DNA of 48,190 nt from Clostridia bacterium (GTDB lineage Bacteria; Bacillota; Clostridia; DUPQ01): positions 1 through 48,190 of the forward strand of contig JBAZFL010000001.1 of assembly GCA_041653455.1 (NCBI GenBank), given 5' to 3'. The position numbers and the translations under genes are program-made. Shown piece after piece: positions 10,438 to 18,842 of the stretch; the stretch's first letter is position 1; the number at the start of each line of letters is the position of its first letter. The notes under the pieces are model-generated. The model was given only the letters and a program-made list of their open reading frames with translations. It was not told the DNA's origin and made no database searches.

Positions 10438-12375
10438 ATGGGTACAGTAACTAAAGCCTTAATTGGCGAAGAAGATATAAATTTTTGGAACGGTGATTCC
10501 ACACAAACGACATTTACCAGATTAGCGTCTCTTGGTGGAACTCAAACCATGACCAAAGTAGGATATGAAGTCGATGTTCTTAGGTCGCATTCGGGCAATA
10601 TTTCTGCTGCATTAAGTATAATAGGAACAATTAATAAGACCACTATTCTTTTAAGACCGGGAACTTATACAATCAGTGCCGATACCGATTGGTCTGCCTA
10701 TACCAATGTAACTTTTAAAATAGTTAATGGTGCTATTATTTCTCATGGTTCTTACACTGTTAAAATCCCAAACCCAGATGCCGGATTCTATCAATGGTTA
10801 AGTGGTTCAGGGGCGGTAACATTTGCTGGGAATGTTAAAGAAGTATATCCTCAATGGTTCGGTGCGAATGGTGATGGATCAACCGATGATACTACTGCTA
10901 TAAATGCGGCATTGGCATCCTATAAAATAGTGACCATTCCCAAAACAGCAGCAACTTATCTAGTCACTGCACCACTTACTCCTATCAGTAATCAAGTAAT
11001 TACTATTGAGGGAGAAATAAAAACTGCACAACCCGTTGCCGGAGCATTCTCTATTTTTGATATTGAATCAAAGTCGAATGTTAAGATTTTAGGAAAAGGA
11101 GGAAAAATAACTGGTGATGGTGTTACCCAAAATTTAAGAGGTGTTTATTCCCTTTCAAGTTCTAACATAACTGTTACTGGAATGGAAATCACAGGAACAG
11201 ACTTTGGAATTTGGTTTAGGAAGTCAACTGAAACAACTGCAACAGAAAATTATATTCACAATGTTCTCCGATTTGGTATTCAGGTGGGATATTCTATTGA
11301 TAGTGTCTATAACTATTTCACTATTTCTAAAAATCGTTTTGACACAATCAACGGAACTGCTATCTGGACACAATACATGGATAGAGGTGTTGTGGAGGGG
11401 AATATAATTAATGGTATAACATTTCTATCTGGCGCGACAAGTGGGATAATGGTTTACGAGGCTAATTATGTCACGGTATCAGGAAATGTAATTTATGATT
11501 TATCATCGGTGGACGGTGTATCGGGAATAGTTGTCTATGTGGGGTCTAATGATACTATTACGGGGAATACTATTCATGGAGTTACCGGAACAGATATAAA
11601 TGGAACAGATCGTGGTGGAGCGTTGCAAGGGAGTATATGTTCAAATTGTGTATTTTCAAATAATACTGTTACAGGACCATTTCTACAACCTTTGGTTATA
11701 AACGGAGACTCTAAGGGAGTTGTAATTTCAGGTAATACATTTGATGTTGCTACTATTACTCTAGCTGGACATGGAATAAATTTGACTGATAAAAACGGCT
11801 CATCGCCAAGTTATGTTACAGTCACCGGAAACACAATCATAGGGAAAACCCCGATTGGTGCATCTGTGGCAGCGATTAGAGCAGGAGACGATAGTACCCA
11901 TATCACTATAGCAAATAACATTGTTGACAGTTTTTATTATGGAATTGATGTAGCCAATGCCGCATCTTATGTTCACATTAATAATAATGAGATTAATTCT
12001 TGTCTCGATGGCATATACACAGAAGGAAGTTCTAATAATATTTACATAAGAGGGAATTACCTAAATACATTCGCTGCTGGTGGTGTTTATTCGATTTTTC
12101 TTAGAGGAACAAGTGATTATGTCACTATTTATGATGATAATGTTTCTACTGAAGGGGTTTTTGTGGATTCGAGTGGAACTAATTTATTCTGGACTCGTTC
12201 TGCTACTGCAGCACAATTACAATCTTCTGCAGATCCAATCAACACGAAAGGGAAAACAGTTGGAAAGTTGGTATGGGTATCTGATGCTAATATATATGTA
12301 TATGCTATAGGGACTACGGCAACAGCACATTGGTATGATGGTGCAGGAGTAGATACATATACGCCAGTTCCATAG
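10438..12375 (+). CDS. Tailspike / polysaccharide depolymerase with a right-handed parallel beta-helix (pectate-lyase superfamily)
   Basis: YPQWFGANGDGSTDDTTAINAALAS (pectate_lyase_3-type N-terminal motif). Many PbH1-like repeats are present (VSGNVIYD, ITGNTIHG, FSNNTVTG, ISGNTFD, VTGNTIIG, IANNIV, INNNEI). Confidence 0.75.
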   Translation: MGTVTKALIGEEDINFWNGDSTQTTFTRLASLGGTQTMTKVGYEVDVLRSHSGNISAALSIIGTINKTTILLRPGTYTISADTDWSAYTNVTFKIVNGAIISHGSYTVKIPNPDAGFYQWLSGSGAVTFAGNVKEVYPQWFGANGDGSTDDTTAINAALASYKIVTIPKTAATYLVTAPLTPISNQVITIEGEIKTAQPVAGAFSIFDIESKSNVKILGKGGKITGDGVTQNLRGVYSLSSSNITVTGMEITGTDFGIWFRKSTETTATENYIHNVLRFGIQVGYSIDSVYNYFTISKNRFDTINGTAIWTQYMDRGVVEGNIINGITFLSGATSGIMVYEANYVTVSGNVIYDLSSVDGVSGIVVYVGSNDTITGNTIHGVTGTDINGTDRGGALQGSICSNCVFSNNTVTGPFLQPLVINGDSKGVVISGNTFDVATITLAGHGINLTDKNGSSPSYVTVTGNTIIGKTPIGASVAAIRAGDDSTHITIANNIVDSFYYGIDVANAASYVHINNNEINSCLDGIYTEGSSNNIYIRGNYLNTFAAGGVYSIFLRGTSDYVTIYDDNVSTEGVFVDSSGTNLFWTRSATAAQLQSSADPINTKGKTVGKLVWVSDANIYVYAIGTTATAHWYDGAGVDTYTPVP

Positions 12376-12392
12376 AGACCGAAGGAGAAGTT

Positions 12393-13229
12393 ATGAAAAA
12401 ATATCTATTTTCCGTTTTTCTTAGTTTAGTTTTTTCGCCTTGCTGGGCGTTGAGTCCAATAATCCATCCAGTGTTACAAACAGAAACGGCAGCGTACTTT
12501 AGACTCCCCTCTCCAACAGGAACACAAAAAGATTTAAACGATACCATCAAATCTTTAAAATATTTGGGCGGGTCAGTTACTCTTCTTAGTTTGACAAATA
12601 AGTTATCTTTAGTGAATGGTACTGCGTTTATTACGAATCCGAGTGTTGATATAAGAAAATATGTTGGATTTAAAATTTCCGAAACCGAGACAACACATAC
12701 TTTAGTTGGTTGGATTAAAGCGGCGGGGACGAGTGAGGGGTTGGGGGATGAATTGGTGGACGGATGGACCAATAATGTTTCATTTAATTATGAAACTTTT
12801 GAAACAAGTGGTTCAAGTATCACCAGTGCAATAAATACAACTTCGGCAGGAATTTGCTATAAGAATTTTTCACTTACCGCTGGTTGGTTGATAAAATTAG
12901 TACATACCTTAACAGTAAATTCTGGTGAGACACCCGAATTTGATTTTGCTTCAGGAGCAGCCGGAGAGGCTCCATATATAATTATTCCCGCAGTCCCGAC
13001 AGGGACTTTATATTACACAATGGATAATAACTATAGTTACGTTATGTATGCTAATAGCAATGCTTCCAACTGGTCTACGTCAGGTTTTTCGTTAAAGCAA
13101 GTCACCGCGCCCTCTGCCACCGGAGTAACTATAGTTTCAACACAAGGTGGTTCAACTTATAATTGGACTTCAGATGGTGGTGTAGATTGTAAAGCTGCTT
13201 CATTTACGGCGGTAATTACAAAGGATTAA
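12393..13229 (+). CDS. Secreted or envelope-targeted protein with a carbohydrate-binding-like domain (tentative)
   Basis: GAAGGAG RBS. Signal-peptide-like MKKYLFSVFLSLVFSPCWALSP. A GDELVDGWTNNVSF segment resembles CBM/jelly-roll N-termini. The antisense ORF 12314-12772 was rejected. Confidence 0.5.
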   Translation: MKKYLFSVFLSLVFSPCWALSPIIHPVLQTETAAYFRLPSPTGTQKDLNDTIKSLKYLGGSVTLLSLTNKLSLVNGTAFITNPSVDIRKYVGFKISETETTHTLVGWIKAAGTSEGLGDELVDGWTNNVSFNYETFETSGSSITSAINTTSAGICYKNFSLTAGWLIKLVHTLTVNSGETPEFDFASGAAGEAPYIIIPAVPTGTLYYTMDNNYSYVMYANSNASNWSTSGFSLKQVTAPSATGVTIVSTQGGSTYNWTSDGGVDCKAASFTAVITKD

Positions 13230-13318
13230 AGGGGAGGGCTAGTTGTCGCTGACACGACACCGGAAGGGTTTACCGGCCTAGCCCAGAGAGTCATAATAAA
13301 AAAAGGGGAATTTGTCAA

Positions 13319-13618
13319 ATGGCATACAAAATCAAGTTCAGAATCAAGTTGAAAATATATCAGTGGATTATCGGTTTAATGCTTATTCTTTTCGCCGCAG
13401 TTACTTGTTATGCCGCAGTCACAGAGCCGTCATGGGTTGAACACGTTGACTTAATGACCATTCTTATAGGTGGTTTATTTATGCTGGTCGCATGGTTCGT
13501 CATAAAAACATTAAGGACATTTGAAAGTAATCAAGATTTACTTTTTGATAAATTCAACGTCCTGAATGACGATTATCACGAATTAAAAGGGAAGTGCCAC
13601 GAAAGGACGAAGTGCTAA
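13319..13618 (+). CDS. Two-TM membrane protein; holin, antiholin or lysis-regulator candidate
   Basis: Two hydrophobic helices (WIIGLMLILFAAVTCYAAV and LMTILIGGLFMLVAWFVI). Sits immediately upstream of the endolysin. Confidence 0.45.
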   Translation: MAYKIKFRIKLKIYQWIIGLMLILFAAVTCYAAVTEPSWVEHVDLMTILIGGLFMLVAWFVIKTLRTFESNQDLLFDKFNVLNDDYHELKGKCHERTKC

Positions 13619-13619
13619 T

Positions 13620-13994
13620 ATGGCTAGTAGAGACCCGAGAGATTTAAGCGATGAAATGTATTTTAGGTGGTCTGAATGGGACAAGGCCATGAAGTCGAAT
13701 GACATTGACTACATTTTAACCTGTACGAAACGAGAAAAATCAGATCAGGAAACACTTTTCGCTCAGGGACGGACAAAGCCGGGGAAAATCGTAACATGGA
13801 CGCTAAACAGCAAACATCTTACAGGTGACGCTTTTGACTTCTGTATTATGAACAACGGAAAATGTGATTGGTCTATGCTGAATAAAGAGGAATGGGACAC
13901 GGCGGTAGAACTAGGCAAGAGTTTAGGTCTCGCTCAGGTAGTTGATAGCAAGGGACGTATAAAAGAATACGCACATTTACAATTAGGAGTTTAA
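13620..13994 (+). CDS. Endolysin, peptidase M15 family (L-alanyl-D-glutamate / D-Ala-D-Ala peptidase fold)
   Basis: Zn-ligand pattern SKHLTGDAFDF ... EYAHLQ. Small size (124 aa) and location between two membrane proteins. Confidence 0.7.
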   Translation: MASRDPRDLSDEMYFRWSEWDKAMKSNDIDYILTCTKREKSDQETLFAQGRTKPGKIVTWTLNSKHLTGDAFDFCIMNNGKCDWSMLNKEEWDTAVELGKSLGLAQVVDSKGRIKEYAHLQLGV

Positions 13995-13995
13995 A

Positions 13996-14433
13996 ATGGG
14001 ATTAGATATTACAGGGATAGGAGCGATATTTGATTTTGGCTCAAAGGTCATAGATAAGATATTTCCAGACCAGAACGAAGCCGCTAAAGCGAAATTAGCC
14101 ATGTTTGAATTGCAGCAAAAAGGAGAACTGGCACAACTGGATAACGATTTCAAACTTGCAATTGAACAGATTAAGACCAATGCGGTAGAGGCTCAAAACG
14201 CCTCTATATTCGTTTCCGGTTGGCGACCTTTTATCGGTTGGATTTGCGGATTTTCTCTAGGATATAATTATATCTTTATGCCTCTGTTTACCTACTGTGC
14301 AAGGTGGTACGATAAGGTGGCGCCTGTGATGCCTGTTTTAGACAACGGAGAATTGACTACCTTGTTATTTGGTATGCTTGGATTAGGTATTATGAGAACC
14401 TATGAAAAGAAAGAGGGCGTAGCTAGTAAATAA
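13996..14433 (+). CDS. Holin, 3-TM type (GTA-holin-like)
   Basis: N-terminus GLDITGIGAIFDFGSKVIDKIFPDQNEAAKAKLAMFELQQKGEL and a C-terminal TM region WRPFIGWICGFSLGYNYIF match my recollection of the holin-of-3TMs family. Confidence 0.6.
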   Translation: MGLDITGIGAIFDFGSKVIDKIFPDQNEAAKAKLAMFELQQKGELAQLDNDFKLAIEQIKTNAVEAQNASIFVSGWRPFIGWICGFSLGYNYIFMPLFTYCARWYDKVAPVMPVLDNGELTTLLFGMLGLGIMRTYEKKEGVASK

Positions 14434-14493
14434 AACCTCATTACAGAGGCTTATCTGGCAGAGAAACTACAGGTTGATTGCTACAAGAGGGCG

Positions 14494-14691
14494 TTAAAAT
14501 AGGGTCGTATTTATATTTTGCCATTCTTCAAGGTATATTTCGTCCTCTGTTTTCCCTCTATCTACTCCGCCTTGTTCGTAATGGTTGCAACCACCACACC
14601 ACCAATTCCAAGGATATTGTGGAGGATAAGAGGTTAAAACTACCCCTGTGGGTTTTTTTATCATTTCTTTATTACATTTAGGACACTTCAT
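14494..14691 (-). CDS. Small zinc-ribbon protein
   Basis: CPKC...CGGC pairs. GGAGGTG RBS upstream of the ATG on the minus strand. Confidence 0.5.
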   Translation of the reverse strand: MKCPKCNKEMIKKPTGVVLTSYPPQYPWNWWCGGCNHYEQGGVDRGKTEDEIYLEEWQNINTTLF

Positions 14692-14854
14692 TTATCACCT
14701 CCAATTTAGGTATATTTCTCAACCCTCTACTAATCAGCCTGTAAAACTTATGTCGTGCAATCTTATCGCAAATACCTTTGAATTTTTCTACTAGTTTTTT
14801 CATAAGGACTCCTTGACTTTTGGGTAAAAGTTAAGTAAAAGCCTGTCAGTCAAA

Positions 14855-14873
14855 ACTTCTAATCGACTTCTAA
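14855..14873 (+). promoter_or_regulatory. Pair of ACTTCTAA direct repeats 11 bp apart (candidate integrase arm-type sites, left arm)
   Basis: acttctaa at 14855-14862 and at 14866-14873. Confidence 0.4.
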
Positions 14874-14910
14874 CTGGTTTTTTAGTATTGATTTTATTAG
14901 GAATTTTGCA

Positions 14911-14942
14911 CGCTAGCGTAGGTTCGAATCCTACCGGGCGTA
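14911..14942 (+). other. attP core candidate: 3-prime end of a tRNA gene (T-arm plus acceptor strand only)
   Basis: GTAGG-TTCGAAT-CCTAC T stem-loop at 14918-14934, followed by CGGGCGT-A. No matching 5-prime acceptor strand or D-arm upstream. Lies 31 nt from the integrase stop. Confidence 0.55.
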
Positions 14943-14972
14943 TACTTTTCCCATTGATTTTGTTCAAGTTTT

Positions 14973-16070
14973 TCATGTTTTCCCACCTTCTAACGAACTT
15001 CTAAACTCGACAATTTGCCCTCTGTTTTCTAGTGCCTCTGTGATATGGCTTCTATCTAGTTTCGCATATAGCTTTGTTGTTTTCATTGAAGTGTGTTTTA
15101 GTGTTTCCTGTATGAATGAAAGTGGATAACCGGAGTTTCTTAATTGACCACCTAAAGAGTGCCTTACGCCTTCATAGAGGCCGATTTTTAGGCCGACTTC
15201 TTTACAGGCGGTTTTCCATATTTTGTTAAGGATTTTGTTGTCATAGTGACTACCCCGCTGATTGTGACAGAACACCCATTGCTGAAATGAAGGATAGGCT
15301 TTTGAGAGTCGCAGAGCTTCTCTAGCTCTTGTAGTGATCTGTTCAGTCCTGATTCCCTTAGCGCCCGTCTTAGTAGTTTCTCGAAGCTCATATTCACTGT
15401 GACTCCTTTTAAAAATTATTTCTGTTTCTGTCACGCAATCCAATTTTAAAGCCGTTGCTTCTTGTGGTCTAATTCCATATTCCATCATCACTACAAATAT
15501 AGGTCTATGCCTCTCAGGAATCACTTGTAATAGTCTTTGTTGTTCTTCAAATGTCAACCATGCAGTCGTTTCTGGTTCGGGTTTGGCTAACGATGGAAAT
15601 TCCGGTACAATGAAACTAGGGACATCCTTTCTATAAAAGTGAAGCATTGTCTTGATCGCTCCGAGAACATTACACTTAGCCGATTCTGACAACGACAATG
15701 AGTTTTTAAAAAGAAGTAATTTAGAATGGGTAAAATCCCGAATGTCAAAATCTTCCCCAAAGTCTTTATAATCCATGACCTTCTTAATCGCATTACGATA
15801 AATCTTTTTTGTATTGTTACATATATCCGCTGCATTTAACCAAAGTTTAGAAAATTCTTTAACTGATAATGGGGAATTGGGGCGATAGTTGCGAGGATTG
15901 TAAGAACCTTTGTCAATTTCGGCTTGCATGACCGATAACATCTTTTGCCCTGTTCTCTTATCCCATATCGGCAATCCCTTCCATTCCCAAAACTTTTCTT
16001 GTTTGCCATTAAAAGGAATAGACACATAGCAACGCTTTGCCGGGACATGATAATAAACATGACCTTTCAT
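14973..16070 (-). CDS. int: Tyrosine integrase / site-specific recombinase
   Basis: GIRPQEATALK (Arg I), VRHSLGGQL (H-x-x-R box) and LKHTSMKTTKLYAKL (catalytic Tyr). Start chosen at MKGHVYY, which has a GGAGGTGG RBS. The ORF-track start at 16127 has no RBS. Confidence 0.9.
   Translation of the reverse strand: MKGHVYYHVPAKRCYVSIPFNGKQEKFWEWKGLPIWDKRTGQKMLSVMQAEIDKGSYNPRNYRPNSPLSVKEFSKLWLNAADICNNTKKIYRNAIKKVMDYKDFGEDFDIRDFTHSKLLLFKNSLSLSESAKCNVLGAIKTMLHFYRKDVPSFIVPEFPSLAKPEPETTAWLTFEEQQRLLQVIPERHRPIFVVMMEYGIRPQEATALKLDCVTETEIIFKRSHSEYELRETTKTGAKGIRTEQITTRAREALRLSKAYPSFQQWVFCHNQRGSHYDNKILNKIWKTACKEVGLKIGLYEGVRHSLGGQLRNSGYPLSFIQETLKHTSMKTTKLYAKLDRSHITEALENRGQIVEFRSSLEGGKT
14987..15004 (+). promoter_or_regulatory. 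Second pair of CTTCTAA direct repeats 11 bp apart (candidate arm-type sites, right arm; inside the integrase 3-prime end)
   Basis: cttctaa at 14987-14993 and at 14998-15004, in the same orientation as the left pair. Confidence 0.4.
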
Positions 16071-16123
16071 AAATCCACCTCCCCCGAAGTATGGGGGCAT
16101 GGTATATTTTTCCACGCAATTAG

Positions 16124-16267
16124 TCAAGGTTTCTCCGTGCTATCTTTTGTGGCATTCGTCTTATGTGCAATAGCGTTAGCAATATTACAGCCAATATTAT
16201 CTATAACAAACAAAGCGACAAGTATTAAAAAGAACGTCATAATTGGATGTTGATATATCCAACTCAT
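16124..16267 (-). CDS. Small single-TM protein (47 aa)
   Basis: GGAGGGGTG RBS. Hand translation MSWIYQHPIMTFFLILVALFVIDNIGCNIANAIAHKTNATKDSTEKP. Below the ORF-track cutoff. Confidence 0.4.
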   Translation of the reverse strand: MSWIYQHPIMTFFLILVALFVIDNIGCNIANAIAHKTNATKDSTEKP

Positions 16268-16344
16268 TTCACCCCTCCTTTATTTCCGGCTAATCTCTAC
16301 CGCTATTTTTCGCATTTGGCCTCACCTAATGGGTATGTTAATTG

Positions 16345-16554
16345 TTATGGTTCAATATCGTCTAATGTAACAAGATCGTAATCATCTTTTATTTTACTGA
16401 CAACAAAGGTTATCCAAAACGATTCGGATAACACAGCGGCATTGCGCCAACTTCTACACCAACGCCAGCATTTTGCGCCGCGATAAAACTTTCCATCAGA
16501 TTTACGTCTTAAAAATTTTTTCATTTCCCCTCCCATTCCAAGAACATCTCGCAC
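16345..16554 (-). CDS. Hypothetical protein
   Basis: ORF in the co-oriented early-left gene string. A GGGAGGGG RBS suits the internal Met (MKKFLRRK). Confidence 0.45.
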   Translation of the reverse strand: MRDVLGMGGEMKKFLRRKSDGKFYRGAKCWRWCRSWRNAAVLSESFWITFVVSKIKDDYDLVTLDDIEP

Positions 16555-16566
16555 AGTAAGTGAGGG

Positions 16567-16752
16567 TTAAATATTTTCTACTGCGATAAAGTATCTAACT
16601 TCATTTATATCGTCTAATAAGACTCCGTATTGAGTAAACAGTTCAATGTTTTTCTGATAAGTACCAGTAAGCCAATCTTCACCATTCATTGTTGCCCTAA
16701 CTCTATCGCCTATTTGTGGCTCGGCTACCCTACGGTTAAGTGTGTCGGTCAT
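16567..16752 (-). CDS. Hypothetical protein
   Basis: ORF packed tightly in the leftward operon. No motif recognised. Confidence 0.45.
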   Translation of the reverse strand: MTDTLNRRVAEPQIGDRVRATMNGEDWLTGTYQKNIELFTQYGVLLDDINEVRYFIAVENI

Positions 16753-16924
16753 GTTTCTTCTCCTTCAATGGACAAGGTATTATTTCGGTTGTAGATATCT
16801 GTAATGTTCCTTTCGCTTTATGTCCGCAAAAAGAAAATCTGTGTTCAACTGGTGTTGACGATGGATTTACAACCCAATCAGCAATGAGATTAGAGGCTAT
16901 GCCACATATAGGACAAATATACAT
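16736..16924 (-). CDS. Small zinc-ribbon protein
   Basis: CPIC ... CGH Cys/His pattern. GGAGGGAG RBS. Confidence 0.5.
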   Translation of the reverse strand: MYICPICGIASNLIADWVVNPSSTPVEHRFSFCGHKAKGTLQISTTEIIPCPLKEKKHDRHT

Positions 16925-16976
16925 TTCTATATCACTCCCTCCTTCTTCGCTATTTCTGGTGTAATTTTGTATTCGG

Positions 16977-17372
16977 TCATACTTCCCTCTCTATCCGTGT
17001 AAGTTGGTCGGGTTGGTAGAAATCACATTTCTTGTTCTTTTTAAGATCATAACATTTATCGCTTGTTCCATTGTGATTCCATTCGCAATTCCCGCAGCAT
17101 TTGTAGTTTTTAAGTTGCTCTGTGAGGTCGGCAATCTGCCGTTTATCTTTTAATGACATTTCTAAAGCGGAATCATAAAGAAGTTTTTGACCATTATATA
17201 ATATTGCCAACTCCCTAACCTTCTCTTCCAGATTTTTGAAGAGGGAGAGGATTTCTTGCTTTACAATATAAACTTTTAATAATCCTTGTTGGTCATTAAT
17301 ATCAGAAACTTTATTTATACTGTAAAATTCACTCAGCAGTTCGTCAATCTTCATTTCTTCACTCATGCTCAC
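16977..17372 (-). CDS. Coiled-coil protein with a Cys-rich C-terminus
   Basis: GGAG RBS. C-terminal CCGNCEW...CYD...CDF cluster. Confidence 0.5.
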   Translation of the reverse strand: MSMSEEMKIDELLSEFYSINKVSDINDQQGLLKVYIVKQEILSLFKNLEEKVRELAILYNGQKLLYDSALEMSLKDKRQIADLTEQLKNYKCCGNCEWNHNGTSDKCYDLKKNKKCDFYQPDQLTRIEREV

Positions 17373-17412
17373 TCCTTGTCTCTGATGTGCTTAATGTCTT
17401 TCTCTAGTTGAG

Positions 17413-17835
17413 TCATTTAAGCAAATCCTTATTCATGTAGATGTTTCCGATCACTTCTATTTCAGCATCAACAGCCCGAACTATTTGATATAGAGGGTGC
17501 ATTTTTTTAGTTGGCTCAAATTGAAAATCAAAACAGGCATTTTCTTCGTCATAAATAACAACCGTTTTCGTAATAAAATCTTTTTTAATATTGAAATATT
17601 TCTTATTATGTTCATTACATTCTACCGGATATGCTACTATGTCCCCCTCGTATATTTCCTTTTCGTTCTTGTCGTGAAGGTTTGTAAATTGTAACCCAAA
17701 TACTCCATGAACATTATGTCCCATAGACAATGGAGAAACAAAATTACCTTCACTTATCCAACCCCAGTAATGCCATGAGTTAAAAGTATCGTCATTATTA
17801 AATAATGGTTGCCTGAATTTAATTTCTCGCATCAT
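17413..17835 (-). CDS. YopX-like protein
   Basis: N-terminal REIKFRQP... and KEIYEGDIV motifs are typical of the YopX family. Confidence 0.6.
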   Translation of the reverse strand: MMREIKFRQPLFNNDDTFNSWHYWGWISEGNFVSPLSMGHNVHGVFGLQFTNLHDKNEKEIYEGDIVAYPVECNEHNKKYFNIKKDFITKTVVIYDEENACFDFQFEPTKKMHPLYQIVRAVDAEIEVIGNIYMNKDLLK

Positions 17836-17844
17836 TCATTCCTC

Positions 17845-18252
17845 TTAGGCGGCTTCAACTTCGTTAGGGTCGGGTATAAAACAACCTAATTCTATTGTTG
17901 CCCACCGTTTTATCTTATCTAAATAGTCCGTAAATTCTGCCGTATTAAGTTTTGTCGTACTTCTGATTTTTCTTAATCCGTGTTCATCGGGAATAGCAGA
18001 CAAAAACTTTTCTTTTAATGCTTCGTGCATTTCTTCTGCCGTGTACCCCGTATAACCGCTAAGTATTTCGATCACGACACCCCAGTAGTAACTATTTTGC
18101 TGATTCGACCTTTCCGCTTTTTGCTTCCTTAAAACCGTCTCAATTCTTTGACCTTCAAGTCTTGAAATCTGGACAAGGTAACGGTTAGGGTTATCAAGAA
18201 TAACTTTCCCTTTTGCGATTCTGCCGGAAAATACAGGGTTCATCTTATACAC
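17845..18252 (-). CDS. NinB/Orf-like recombination mediator (tentative)
   Basis: RSNQQNSYYWGVV and IRSTTKLNTAEFTDYLDKIKRWA parallel lambda NinB RSLDQN...W and STS...EF...L...I... Confidence 0.45.
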   Translation of the reverse strand: MYKMNPVFSGRIAKGKVILDNPNRYLVQISRLEGQRIETVLRKQKAERSNQQNSYYWGVVIEILSGYTGYTAEEMHEALKEKFLSAIPDEHGLRKIRSTTKLNTAEFTDYLDKIKRWATIELGCFIPDPNEVEAA

Positions 18253-18842
18253 TCCACCATTGCCAAAAGTTCTTCATTAAATTGTGTTAATTCTTTGTCC
18301 ACTTTTTCAATCCACTTTTCATCACGAAAAACCTCAATCATTAAAGGTTTGATACCTGGATAGTGGCTCATAAACCACCATGATTCTCTTTCGGTAACAT
18401 AAAGAGAAAATTGCACCTGACAAAAATATTCGGTGGGAAGTTTACCATCTAACAAATATTTTATATGGGTCTTGCTCAACGGATTTTTTACTTCAAATCC
18501 TGAGTTTTCACCTATTAATCCATCGGGAGAACAATGGCATAAATGAAGGGAGTCTTTATAGACAAGACCGACTTGTTTAATTTCAACATCATGTGCCATT
18601 TCAAACAATGATCTCGCCTCGGCTTCTCGCTCAATTCCGTTCAGCATAGCTTGTGTAGTGAATCCAACTTCGCCCTTTCCTGTCAGTCTTTCAGCCGCCA
18701 GAGTCATCATGTAATCCGTTCTTGATTTAGACGGTTCGCCTTTAGTGGTGATAATCTTGTCAATAGAAGAAGCACCAACATTCCCGCAAATAGCAGAAAA
18801 CCAAATATCGCTCCTTTGTTCACATTCAATTATTATCGGCAT
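18240..18842 (-). CDS. YqaJ-type (lambda Exo-like, PD-(D/E)XK) recombination exonuclease
   Basis: QRSDIWFSAICGNVGASSIDKII (YqaJ N-terminal motif), SPDGL and FEVKNP catalytic-type motifs. Adjacent to the annealase gene. Confidence 0.7.
   Translation of the reverse strand: MPIIIECEQRSDIWFSAICGNVGASSIDKIITTKGEPSKSRTDYMMTLAAERLTGKGEVGFTTQAMLNGIEREAEARSLFEMAHDVEIKQVGLVYKDSLHLCHCSPDGLIGENSGFEVKNPLSKTHIKYLLDGKLPTEYFCQVQFSLYVTERESWWFMSHYPGIKPLMIEVFRDEKWIEKVDKELTQFNEELLAMVECIR

Noticed and set aside
12314-12772. 152-aa minus-strand ORF overlapping the start of 12393-13229.
   Set aside because: The + strand ORF has a strong GAAGGAG RBS, a signal peptide and operon context. The minus ORF has none of these.
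14880-14945. A complete tRNA gene next to the integrase.
   Set aside because: Only the T-arm and the 3-prime acceptor strand are present. No complementary 5-prime acceptor strand (ACGCCCG) or D-arm lies upstream. It is interpreted as the attP core instead.
15945-16253. 102-aa + strand ORF across the integrase start region, and minus-strand nested ORFs at 15188-15397, 15587-15835 and 15836-16060.
   Set aside because: They overlap the well-supported integrase gene or the small TM gene, and have no RBS.
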